Below are positions 50,970-61,909 of a stretch of DNA of 64,000 nt, in pieces (position 1 is the first letter of the stretch; every line of letters begins with the position of its first letter). The stretch is from contig JBDOQK010000043.1 in NCBI GenBank assembly GCA_040437565.1, forward strand, positions 248,001 to 312,000, given 5' to 3'. The notes under the pieces were generated by a model. The model saw only the letters and a list, made by a program, of their open reading frames with translations, made no database searches and had not been told where the DNA came from. A program made the translations under genes and the position numbers. This DNA is from Albugo candida. Taxonomy: Eukaryota.

Positions 50970-51782
50970 ATGGGTACGTCCTCTGCACATATCACGTTCG
51001 CCTTGATGCGAGTGGAAGTATAAGAGCCGACCAAAGCTTCGAGAAACCCTTGTAGTTTTGGTCAGCTCTCGTTCTTACCACGTGATGTCATATTCACTGC
51101 TGTATCCCTTTTTTCGTGCAGCATTCGAATATGTCCGACAATGCTTACTATCTCTGTATTGGTAGGTATCTCTCGTGATTCTCGTCACAAACGCCGTGAA
51201 ACTGGTGGAAAGCGAAAGCAATTCCGCAAGAAGCGAAAGTTTGAGTTGGGGCGACAACCGGCCAACACAAAACTAGGAGGAAAGCGTGTTCACCGCGTAC
51301 GTGTTCGTGGAGGACATTTCAAGTTCCGTGCATTGCGTTTGGAAACTGGAAACTTTTCGTGGGGAAGTGAAGCCGTTTCTCGAAAAACGAGGATTTTGGA
51401 TGTCGTTTACAACGCGTCAAATAATGAATTGGTGCGAACTAAGACACTGGTTAAGAGCGCTGTTGTTTCCATTGATGCAACTCCCTTCCGACACTGGTAT
51501 GAAACTCATTATGGAGTCAAAATTGGTGTGAAAAAGAATACAGAAAGCACAGAAAAAGTTGAACAAGAAAAGAAATCCGACCACGTCATGCGAAAACTTG
51601 CTCAACGACAACGTGGCCGTATTTTTGACCCGAAACTTGACGACCAGTTTATGTCAGGGCGAATCCTGGCATGTGTCTCATCTCGTCCTGGACAATCTGG
51701 ACGTGCAGATGGTTACATCTTAGAAGGCAAAGAACTGGAGTTTTACCAGCGTAAACTGGCCACTAAGAAATCGAAAAAGTGA
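50970..51782 (+). CDS. RPS8: 40S ribosomal protein S8 (eS8)
   Basis: Exon 1 ATGG at 50970-50973, intron GTACGT...TAG at 50974-51165, then [11 protein letters not shown]...[10 protein letters not shown]...[19 protein letters not shown]. Confidence 0.97.
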
Positions 51783-52519
51783 TTGTGCTGAGACATTGCG
51801 GGCTTTCAATAGTCGAAGAACCATGAGAGGATTGGAGTAATCAAATACGCAAATTTGCACCATTGCCGCTATTACAAGTGATCTTGTCTTGCTTGACCTG
51901 TACTGGACTCTGCTCTGCTCTCCTGTTCCATGTCTTATATCGCAATGGTTCACAGCCAAGTAGCTCTATTTCCTGACTACGCGATGCTCTGAAGCATTGC
52001 TTGTTGATATCGATATCAATAGTTTATCCCTCCTTAATGGACTTTGACGCCACACCATTCTAATGCTCTCACTGATGAAAATCACATCTGCGATAATTTC
52101 TTTCTCAACGCCTAACGAAAGCGAGGTAGAACCAGGCGATACCGTGCTTTGATCTTGACGTTTCCAATTCTCGCGGTGAATGCTGTGGCATTTCTTACGT
52201 TAATAAGAAATGGTCATAGGAACGGTAGGCTATCTCTTGGAGTTGTACAATAAAGGCCGCTTAGGTTCTTCAGTACACATCCTTTGGTTCTACAAGTCGT
52301 ATTTTGGGTATCGAACATTTGCGCTGTAAAGCTGAACTTTGATATATTCTGTTCGTCGCCTCCCGAGTCGTTAGACGTGCGACCTCGCATTTACAAGTCG
52401 GCATTAACGGAAAGCTTACTGAGGCAGTGAGTAATTACAAGTTGGTACATATGCAAGATTGAGACTTTAATTGCAAAAAGGGATTTGCCGTCATTCAGTT
52501 TCGCTGGTCTATTGATCAC

Positions 52520-52760
52520 ACTGATGATTATAATCGTGCTGATCAATATTGCTACTTATACAGCATGTGACACTTTTGCGTGTGGTTGCTTGACGATCGC
52601 ATTCAGATTTTGCGATCGATCTCAATCTGTCAAAGTGCTTGTGTGGGTATGTTATCAGCACACGAGAGCTTGAAGATTGCTACATCATGTGTTTCGCTAT
52701 CGCAGGCAATGACAACCAATGCGTTTTGCGCTTGCAAGTCGTTTCTGACCCGTCATCAAT
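52520..52760 (+). pseudogene. Small secreted Cys protein copy, probably truncated
   Basis: MIIIVLINIATYTACDTFACG matches 32788-33054. Confidence 0.5.
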
Positions 52761-53062
52761 GTTTTATTGTAGTTTTTCCATGAATTTGAGGATCTTGGAG
52801 CAGCCTACAAGACCTCAAGTTTCATGTATTTGGCTTTGAATGTGTCCACTCAGTATTCGAGTGATCCAGGCTGATGCGAATTGTCGAAGCGCGGCAGTGA
52901 GCCCGGCCCAAGGTTTGAATGGCTTTGACCAGAACAGGTTCTACCAATGACGACAAATCGGGATAATATAAAACTATGACGTCACGTCATAGAGCTCAAA
53001 GTCGAAATGTATCAGATATTGGATGTCACGTGCTCGCTTCTTGAGATTTTTTTATAACTCGA

Positions 53063-54259
53063 CTAAAAGCAACCCTTGAAAATCGCATTCCAGCATCCAG
53101 TGTTTGGTGGCTCTGGATCTCTCTTCTGTTCAGCCTTGCCGATAGCATCTTCCTTTTGTAAGTTATCCTCCCTCATCCTTGATTCTTCCTTCAGATCCAA
53201 ATCATATTCCTCTGCAATGTTCACCATGTTATCTTCCACGAAGAGATACGTATATGGATGATTCGCTGTATTTATTACAATTTGATAACTTCTCAAAATG
53301 GAAGATCCCAGTATCCAGTCATTATCATCTTTCTTTGAATCTTCAATGAGAAGAGTACAAGTGTCACCATTTCTGACAAACGATTGGGGTGGATTGTGCT
53401 TTGAGGTATGATCTGAAAAGAAAATATATAAGGCGAGCTGGTCGCCATGAAATGGTTTCGATGTTTTGATGTAGGCGACGAGTGACGCGCACTCTCCTTG
53501 ATAACGACCATCTTCTAGTTTCGGGTCGCGCACCTTTTCCTTGAAGATATCCCAAAAATTCTTGGATTTGCTAGTCGGAATCAAGGTGACCTCGTTACCA
53601 AGTTCGACTGTAACCCTCTGATCCTTATACTCTATGCCTCCAAATTGGATGCTGCATTTCTCCATTTCCTTCACCGATAGCTTAGTTTGATAATTCGGTC
53701 CTTTTGAATCTGGTGAAGTTAATTGGAGAGTAGGACCATGATCCTTCACCCATTTGAATAGAGAAGTCCCTTGACTGATTTTTAGGACAGCCTGAATGCT
53801 GAGACTTGGACTTGGGAGAGACTATAATTGGTTGCTTCTAACCAGCGAATTTAAAGATTCCAAACTCATTTTCCACACGACATGCGTTTCTCGTTTATAT
53901 TTAGCGGCTTCGAAACATCTCACAACTTCCACGATATAACCCTCAAATAAACCAGAAGACCATCTCGGCAGCACGCATGGACTCTTTATGAGAAATGTCA
54001 CGTCAAACAAGAAATCAGTAAACGAAGGTGTGGTTTCCTTCTTTGACTTTTTCTTAGTAGGAGGGCTCTTCACAAATGTTCCGTCGGGCATCATTCTAAC
54101 CAAAGAAGATATGTCAACACTCAGGCCTCGCTGACCTACCTCTCCTGTCTTTCCTGATACTATGATCGTTTCCATGTGAGAAACATCGAAACAGTTTGAT
54201 TGAGATTGAGCTGCATTCAATAAGACAAGACCGCACATTTTGAATGTAAGTGTCTTCAT
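53063..54259 (-). pseudogene. Secreted pepsin-fold-like protein lacking catalytic motifs, interrupted by one in-frame TAG (53822-53824)
   Basis: ORFs 53822-54259 and 53063-53749 are in the same frame with an open linker. Signal MKTLTFKMCGLVLLNAAQS. CTLLIE...WILGSSILRSYQIVIN resembles the A1 aspartic-protease C-terminal ILG motif. Confidence 0.6.
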
Positions 54260-55279
54260 CTCTACTGTGATATTTGTATAATGCTGGAATAGAGGGTTAT
54301 TCTCGCATTGCAAACTTAATATACGTGCACGCACGTATTGAATCCCCTTGACCAAGGCCACGGTTTTTTCAATTTGACAACTAGTTCGTCTGATTGTACT
54401 TACGTTGTTGCAATCTGGTAGGACATGGTTTACCTCATAACTTGATAAACCTAGCAAGTATCGTTTTTTAGAATTCCAGATTTATTACAGTATTTTTAGG
54501 AAATTGCTATTTCCACCCCCCACGTGGCTTTCTGACCAATCAGATTACAGCGATATCCAAGATATGGCTGCGGTTTCACAGTCTTGCATCCCGATTGAAA
54601 GTATTAGAACTCATAGTTACACACCTAAACCATTTCTAGATCAGCCAGCTTTCTCATGCTTTTCGTTGTACAGCGTCGTTCGCAATAGTAGAGTATGCAT
54701 TTACGGATCGCCATCATCTGTCGTCTGAATACTACATCTTGCGAGAAAGTATTTGGAAGTTGAAGTACGTTTAGTCTGGTCTGAGAAATGGACTGATAAC
54801 GACAGCAAGCTTTTGCCGTATTTCTTTAACACGAGCAAAAGGTTAAAATACGTTGTAAATACTTTTTTTTTTGTAACTTGATTAAGACGGTTCCCAAGCG
54901 CACAGACGCCCTGCCGTTGTACTGTTATGGAATGGGCTATCGTTTCTAAATGTTGCACGTAGCTGCTTTTAGTGAACTTGACATCTTCATGCCGCTATGC
55001 CGTTTGTGTGCATCGCCCGAATTTCAAAGTGACCTGTGTTGCAATCGAGTGCATGTTTGCGAAAGCTTCTGCCAGCACAATTTTTTGTACTGGAAAGGGT
55101 ACTGTACATTATCTCTTACGGATGCGACAAGGATAGCGGATTTTCAATACACTTGGAGTAATGCCGTCCATGGCAGCTTATATGCATCCAGGGGTGTTCT
55201 ACCAATCAATACTTTCGAGAGAAGTGCTTAAAACATTAAAAGTTGGTGGACATGGTATTTCCCTATTTTTACCATGGAA

Positions 55280-55367
55280 GCGCATCCAACACAGTACTTT
55301 TATACATAAGATTACTAAGCTGCGCATCCAACACAACACTTTTATACATAAGATTACTAAGCTGCGC
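55280..55367 (+). repeat. 42 bp tandem duplication
   Basis: GCGCATCCAACACA..ACTTTTATACATAAGATTACTAAGCT occurs twice. Confidence 0.95.
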
Positions 55368-55439
55368 CTCCTTCGCCAAGTTGATAACGTTGCACTGTCA
55401 AAATTGGCACTTGTTGCATTCAGTCTGAAGGGAACGCGT

Positions 55440-56160
55440 ACTCAACACACAGAGATTCTACGTGATAGCGCACCTACGAGACAGCTCGAGTCACGTGCGC
55501 AATAACAGGAAAAAGTAAACGTAAACGTAAAGGGACAAAGCGCTGCTATTACTCAAAAGGATGGATTCTGTGGAGATGGAGTTTGTACTTGTAAGGAATT
55601 TCAATGAAACGACATCAAATAATGGAAAAGTGATCGGTAAGAAAGTTTGATTTTAGCTCTAACAGCCCGCAGCCTCACAATCTCCAAAAAGCAATTTGAC
55701 AGACCAGTGCGCTGCAATCGTGCAATATGAAAGGAAGCGATTCGAATGTGCCTCCTCTATTGAAGATATATTCATGGTTCGAATAAAATCTAATCTGGTT
55801 CAGATTATCACGAAGCTTCAGCTCGGCATTCCTAGTTTACTATTATACCGCGTCGATGAAAGATACCGTGTATCATGACAAGTTCTGATTCTTGATAATC
55901 TCAACATCATTTCGAGACAAGAAGAGGAAATAACGTGTGACTACATCAGCTCGATCTATGAAGCAGACAATATAGAATATTGCGATCGGTACAATACCAC
56001 GAAAGCTCAAAGCAGCACAAAAACATTATAACGGCAGCAGGCGTTTATGCCGCCGATGGGTTGGAGCAATAGCTTGACGATAGTTTGCAATACTTACCAC
56101 ATAATGTTGTACCAAACGCAGGCATAATCTCAAACAATTACTACAATAGACAGTATTTTA
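55440..56160 (-). repeat. Cassette block A copy (inverted)
   Basis: Reverse-complement similarity to 7605-8460. Confidence 0.55.
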
Positions 56161-56239
56161 TGTACCAACCTTCGGACAACATCGACATCATCTACCATCC
56201 AATTCTTTTGTGATCTCGACACTTTTTTGTCATCATAAA

Positions 56240-58123
56240 ATGGTGAAGAAACGTCGCGCAACCTCTATCGATAGCCAGCATGATCAAAAACAACCCCAAT
56301 CAATTACTGACAGTAATTTGAATGAATCAAATCGCTTGATTTTGGAGAAAAGCGACGGTGAAAGTCAGCCCGGCTTCTTGCAATTTTTCTGGGAACTTGC
56401 GGATCACGATGCCCCTGTGCGTACTTCTTCGGTCCATAGCCTCATCACGTACATAGAATCTCTCTCTGACGCTGCAACGCAACAGGAAAAGCTCCAATAC
56501 ACACTCAAACGCCTCATTCGCGGCCTGGCATCGTCTCGAGATGCTGCCCGTCAAGGCTTTAGTGTAGCTCTTGCGAGTCTCTTGCAGTCTTTTCCCCAAC
56601 TCGACCTACAAGAAACAATCAATTTACTGAATGAATACTTGCAAATACGTCCGTCTATGAAGAGTATGGAGCAACGAGACAATCAATTCGGTCAGATTTT
56701 TGGTATTATGGCCATTTATTCATCCAAACGACTCAGTGCAGAATCTGAAGATGCAGCAAAGTACCTTCCACTGTTGATTCTCAAGCTCATTGATATCTCT
56801 AAATGGAAAAAATGGATCCGTGAGGTTTGTTATGAATGCATTCTGAGATTACTGCCTCAAGTTACGGAAGATATCTTCTTAGAAGCTCTTATAGAGCCTC
56901 TGAGCTCCTTATTACGTGCTTTATGGGAAGAGTATGAGCCCGAACAGCTCCAACTGCTTCTTGGAGTGTATCACTACGTTGAGACCAATACCCTGACCGA
57001 AAACGAATTTGTCACTCCAATTTTCGGCAAGAAGGAGCCGTTGCTCACGGCTACTAACGTAAAGCTCTTTTCAAAAGCATTCAAAGCGTCTTCCTCATGC
57101 TATCCGCGGATACATTCGTTATGGTACGGGCTTTTGGCAGCATTACTGTCTCAGGATGACGATAAAACTCCTCAATCCTTCACTTTGTTTGAAGACATTT
57201 GGAAAGCACTGGTGGATGATCTATTGCTCGAGGATGAGCATACGACACATGAGCGCAAGGGACTGGTTTTCAAGCTTTTTGAACTGATTCTTACAAAAGT
57301 CCCGGCCACGGTACTACACGGAACCATCCTCAGCCACAAATTGGTCACGTGTTTGTGTAACAACGCACTCAAACCCTCCAATTACCTTCATGCAGCTGCA
57401 AAGCATTGTTTCCGAATATTCGCAAGCAGCTTGCCAGCTGAATTCATCCGTTTTTTGGAACAGCAGATACTGTATCCGTCCAAACTTGCAGCGACCTTGG
57501 AAGCAAAACCATACGATTTAACGATGGACAAGGATGCACAACCGACGAGTTTGCTTGAGATCGAAGAAGAGCGCGATTTTGCCCAAGATTTGGAGAAAAG
57601 AGTACATCACATTCGAGTATGGGCACTCGATCAATTAATTCAAATTGTTTCTCAAGACATTCTCAAGCACGACAAAAACGATATGGAATCAAAAGGCTGG
57701 CAAGAACCTCTCGAATTTCTCGTCAGTTTCGCATTCTTTGAACGTAACAAAGCCGCACCGGAGAAAGNNNNNNNNNNNNNNNNNNNNNNNNNNNNNNNNN
57801 NNNNNNNNNNNNNNNNNNNNNNNNNNNNNNNNNNNNNNNNNNNNNNNNNNNNNNNNNNNNNNNNNNNGACTCCAGAATCCGATGTAGAAGCAAAGGTGCC
57901 CATGAAAGCCAAGCGAATCAAAACGATCATTACACTCGCTCGAGAGTACTTGCAAACGTGCACCAAACTCCAATCCCAATCGTGTTCGATGGACGACAAC
58001 AAACGTCTCCAGACCGATATGCAGGCGGTGTTGAAAGGTGTAGCGTCCTTTACAGCCGCTTCCAAGTCGCCTGTTTACGTTAAAGAGCTTGAAAAGTTGC
58101 TGAGCTTGCAACCAGCAATTTGA
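56240..58123 (+). CDS. Pol5/MYBBP1A (DNA polymerase phi family nucleolar protein), spanning an under-sized gap
   Basis: FFWELAD, YTLKRLIRGLASSRDAARQGFSVAL and PRIHSLW are family signatures. Frame open on both sides of the N gap. Confidence 0.88.
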   Translation: MVKKRRATSIDSQHDQKQPQSITDSNLNESNRLILEKSDGESQPGFLQFFWELADHDAPVRTSSVHSLITYIESLSDAATQQEKLQYTLKRLIRGLASSRDAARQGFSVALASLLQSFPQLDLQETINLLNEYLQIRPSMKSMEQRDNQFGQIFGIMAIYSSKRLSAESEDAAKYLPLLILKLIDISKWKKWIREVCYECILRLLPQVTEDIFLEALIEPLSSLLRALWEEYEPEQLQLLLGVYHYVETNTLTENEFVTPIFGKKEPLLTATNVKLFSKAFKASSSCYPRIHSLWYGLLAALLSQDDDKTPQSFTLFEDIWKALVDDLLLEDEHTTHERKGLVFKLFELILTKVPATVLHGTILSHKLVTCLCNNALKPSNYLHAAAKHCFRIFASSLPAEFIRFLEQQILYPSKLAATLEAKPYDLTMDKDAQPTSLLEIEEERDFAQDLEKRVHHIRVWALDQLIQIVSQDILKHDKNDMESKGWQEPLEFLVSFAFFERNKAAPEKXXXXXXXXXXXXXXXXXXXXXXXXXXXXXXXXXXTPESDVEAKVPMKAKRIKTIITLAREYLQTCTKLQSQSCSMDDNKRLQTDMQAVLKGVASFTAASKSPVYVKELEKLLSLQPAI

Positions 58124-59600
58124 CAGAGTTGACGCACACAGGAGATAGAATTCCATGCATTGATAATTTCAAGTTCATACAACATATTCCTTAGCGTTAT
58201 GTGTTCGTTCTCCGCAATATGCACAAATTCCTGCAATAGTGTTGAAACGAAAGCTTGAAGGATCAAAATAAAGGCATAGTCATGGAACGAGTATGTTCGG
58301 GAAGATGCAAAGCGCTGAGTGAACTGGGTATCCTGGTCAGCAAATTCCCAGCTGGCGCAAAGCATTTGGCAACAAGCTGACTTGTCTTTAGCAATATCCA
58401 TCACCGCTCGATGATAACGTGTACGTGCCATCAGTCTCTCTAGAAAGTGAATATCCTCCATCGGTAAAAACTCCTCTTCGCCGCATACAATGGTAAAGTA
58501 CTGACAGATCCCAAAATCGTCTTCGTGAGACGGATTTAATTGCATGTCTGTCTTCGTAAGACCCCAATGATACGACACGACGTATTCGCGCTCAATGCAG
58601 ACGTTTGATCCCACTTTCCGGCATTCCAACACTGCTACTTTCTCCAACTTTTACGTACAGAGCATTGATTTGATTGTGTTCTTTCTCCTTTTTCTTGACA
58701 TCTTCTATCAAGGACTTCAGAATGCTACTCACTTGAAGCTTTAAAGTCTTAGTAATACTGACAAGACTCGGCTTTGAATTTGGAGGTTGTGCAATGCGTT
58801 TGAAAAAAGGAAATTGAGCAAACGCTCAAGGAGCTCGTCCTGACACTTGGTGTTGCTTGGGTATCGCAAAATCGCGGAATTCGCAGAGTTCGAAGATTAA
58901 GATATAGGCGCTCACTCAGAGTAAAAATGTTGAAATCGGTGGTGCTGGAAATCGTTCTATCCATTGAATACGTTGTCACGTCAGACCGCAAACGATAAAA
59001 CAGAAAGAAACGAGATGTCTTTCTCCTTCACTGAATGGACTGAAGTATTTTGCACAAGACTTGTTAGGTCCATGGAAAAGAGCATATATCAATTATAGCG
59101 TCTTCGTATGATAATAATAGAATAAGTCGCGTGTCCAAGATTCTTGGATTCAATATGATTGTTCGTTGCTGAGTATAATTACTGATGAAATGTATTGCTA
59201 TCACACAGTTTGGCTGCGAGAGATGTACAGGATGTGCTACCTCATTTCATTTGAGCTTCTATACTGCAATCTAGTGGGAGGGTGGGTTGTATTGTATGTC
59301 CTACGTGTTCCAATTGACAGCATCAACAGTTTGAAAAGAAGAGAGTTCCAGGAAGACGTGTTGAATTGAAGACAAGCAATAGCGTTTTTGGAGGTTTGAT
59401 CCTTAGGCTGTATCTCCTTAAAGCTATACATACCTTGTAGATGAGTCAAACGAGTTCTATTCATCCTCGATCCTTCCGATCGTACCAAGCATTTCTGCTC
59501 CGATCGGACATAATGACACTACTTTGACAAGTTGCATCAGAACGCATTCTGTAATAGAAGAATTCATACTGTTACCTTGAACTAGGATCCAGCAAAGCTT
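58075..59600 (-). pseudogene. Orphan gene X (unknown function), best-preserved copy, 3' end overlapping Pol5
   Basis: 190-codon open 3' segment. The upstream part appears frameshifted. Homologs recur in the other cassette units. 5' boundary uncertain. Confidence 0.4.
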
Positions 59601-59815
59601 CAGAAAATTGGTAGAAGATTTCTAACCGATAGTTTTCATGATACCGTAAGCTTTCTATTCTCTAATTGTTGCTATGACCGCGAAACGAGCTGTTCTTTTT
59701 CCGCCTTTGGTGCGTTCGACGTAGGCATCATTCGTTGCATTCTAGCCAATCTTACATTCTGTAGAATTAAATGTAGAACAGACTGAGATGAAAAGGTCTT
59801 CGATTTTCTATTTGG

Positions 59816-59939
59816 ACATTCAACGGCGTACTTTAACAGCAACCAAAGGTTTATAATGCGACTGCATACTTTAAAAGCACCACAGGTTCGAACATTCGAC
59901 GGCGTACTTTAACAGCGATCACAGGTTTGTAATGCGAAT
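59816..59939 (+). repeat. Imperfect tandem repeat in the CCG promoter
   Basis: ACATTC(A/G)ACGGCGTACTTTAACAGC..AGGTTT.TAATGCGA at 59816 and 59892, with a partial copy between them. Confidence 0.8.
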
Positions 59940-59977
59940 ACAAATCTCTATAAAATCATCAATTACGATTTTGCGCT

Positions 59978-61909
59978 ATGGAACGTCTCCATCGAATGAT
60001 TCTAGTCATCGCTGTGGCCTCGTACCATGCGAAGTCTTATGAAATGAGCAAAAAGTATACCATTTTTCACACAAACGTCCATGCTCCGTCGGCCTACCAC
60101 CAATTCCATAATTGTCAGAAGTGCTTGCTTATAGCCGCAGGTATCAGAAAGTTCAGCATCACCGAATCGGCATTGTTTGTACCGCAAATTACAATCACTG
60201 CTTCGCAAATAGGTTTTATGCGTATACAAACCCACTGCTACTACAAGGAAATATGTGCCAATCTGATTTTGGAATCGTCGCACCTTCTCGAAGTTTCAAC
60301 ACATGCCCAGACGAGTGTATATGCGACTCCCCAGCCTTCAGAAACGATTGGGATTAATCAAAGTGAAGAAAACATCGTGTGTCTTACGCTATCCCACGTT
60401 AATGCTGAAGAAACATGCAGAATATGTCTCAGAGAAGCGAGTGATTCGAAAAGCATTGGTGAATTTTTGTTCACAGACGAAGAACAGTCTCTCAATTTTG
60501 TGTACGTACTGCGCACACTGCATACTGAAGAAGTGATAGTCAAAGCTTGCGAAATCTGCAGCAGACTTCGGAACATTTACAGTGATGAACTATGTGAAGC
60601 GATGCACAACGTGAAAGCCTCCGATTCGAATGTGGTTGTTAGGAATGCGAAAGCGAGAAAGTCAAACAATGGGGATAAGCAAAGTGCTCTGAAGGTTCAC
60701 TGCGTACATGCTGTGCTACAAGAGGACGCTTCGAAAGAAGGAAAAAGTACTTTTGGACCAGTTACAGATTGTATGAAGTGTTTAGCACGTAAAACCAAGT
60801 CAATAGTCCACTGGATAATGGATGATGCTGATCCGCAACGCCGTTCGTATTTCCTGCTTGGCATAACCGACAACATCTACATTTGGATGTTACATGATTC
60901 GGAAATTTGTGCTCCCACGTGCACAATCTTGTTCGTAGGAAACGAGAATTGTTACGCTGGATACCATAAACACTTTGACTCGACACCGATTGGCTACCAA
61001 ATCTCTTCTTCCGTGCCAACGTCATGGAGAAAGAATAACAAACCGGATTATTATAGTGAGTGTATTCTCGTGCACTTTGTATTGAACGAAAAATGTCGTC
61101 AATGTATCAGTAAATACATCAATGGAAGAACTAAATTCTTGGATATGACAGTCCTGGTTGAGATCAAGAACAAGAAGAACAAAGAAAAACTGCATCATTG
61201 CATCACCACACCTTCGAAGCACATCTGCACCAGCTTTCTGTTCCTTCCCAACGAGGTCTGTCTGCAGGATGGAAAGTATCCGAAAATACGTGAGTTGAGC
61301 GTCGCGTCATCATCGAATTTTAGATCTGCCGGAAGCTCTTCTTCGCAATCCAGTGGAGAAATTGGGTTAAGCTTGAGAAGTCTAAGAGAGATGCCGACGG
61401 GAACACCTTCATTATCAGTTACGGGTGGAGGTCGCATACACTCCACGCAAATGGTGTTGGATGGATTGGATCGAAATTTGGTAAATCGCAAACGATCCGT
61501 CCGCGAACGTTTACCACAGACAGCAGAAGCAGGGTCCTCTCACTCTACTTCGAGTATTGGAAGCCCCACGCACAAGTCTGATCCGAAATTTCCTCTTCTG
61601 TTGGTCAATTATCGTACTACAGAGTGCTTGATGTGTCTTGCTCTTGTACGTGAAGTACTTGTAGTATCAGCTCACAAGAAGCTTGTCTATATACGGAAAC
61701 CGATAAAAGAAGCAGTGACATGTAATTGTGAGGAGATAATGATGGAAATCGAGGTGCCCAGCATCAATTCAATGCTGCCTATACCCGCAACTAGTATCCC
61801 CGAGTACATTGAAAGTGAAAAGTGGTTATTAGGAGTACGACACATATGGTGGGAAAACCATGCTGTATCGCACGAATTTGTTGTGCCTGGAAAAAAAGCT
61901 AATGATTAA
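59978..61909 (+). CDS. Secreted Cys-rich CCG-type effector (643 aa)
   Basis: Signal peptide, CQKCLLIAAG (CxxCxxxxxG) and repeated CxxC modules. Paralog of 520-2403. Confidence 0.85.
   Translation: MERLHRMILVIAVASYHAKSYEMSKKYTIFHTNVHAPSAYHQFHNCQKCLLIAAGIRKFSITESALFVPQITITASQIGFMRIQTHCYYKEICANLILESSHLLEVSTHAQTSVYATPQPSETIGINQSEENIVCLTLSHVNAEETCRICLREASDSKSIGEFLFTDEEQSLNFVYVLRTLHTEEVIVKACEICSRLRNIYSDELCEAMHNVKASDSNVVVRNAKARKSNNGDKQSALKVHCVHAVLQEDASKEGKSTFGPVTDCMKCLARKTKSIVHWIMDDADPQRRSYFLLGITDNIYIWMLHDSEICAPTCTILFVGNENCYAGYHKHFDSTPIGYQISSSVPTSWRKNNKPDYYSECILVHFVLNEKCRQCISKYINGRTKFLDMTVLVEIKNKKNKEKLHHCITTPSKHICTSFLFLPNEVCLQDGKYPKIRELSVASSSNFRSAGSSSSQSSGEIGLSLRSLREMPTGTPSLSVTGGGRIHSTQMVLDGLDRNLVNRKRSVRERLPQTAEAGSSHSTSSIGSPTHKSDPKFPLLLVNYRTTECLMCLALVREVLVVSAHKKLVYIRKPIKEAVTCNCEEIMMEIEVPSINSMLPIPATSIPEYIESEKWLLGVRHIWWENHAVSHEFVVPGKKAND

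Noticed and set aside
55280-55367. Direct repeats as a possible CRISPR array
   Set aside because: Only two adjacent units with no spacers, no cas genes, and a eukaryotic context.
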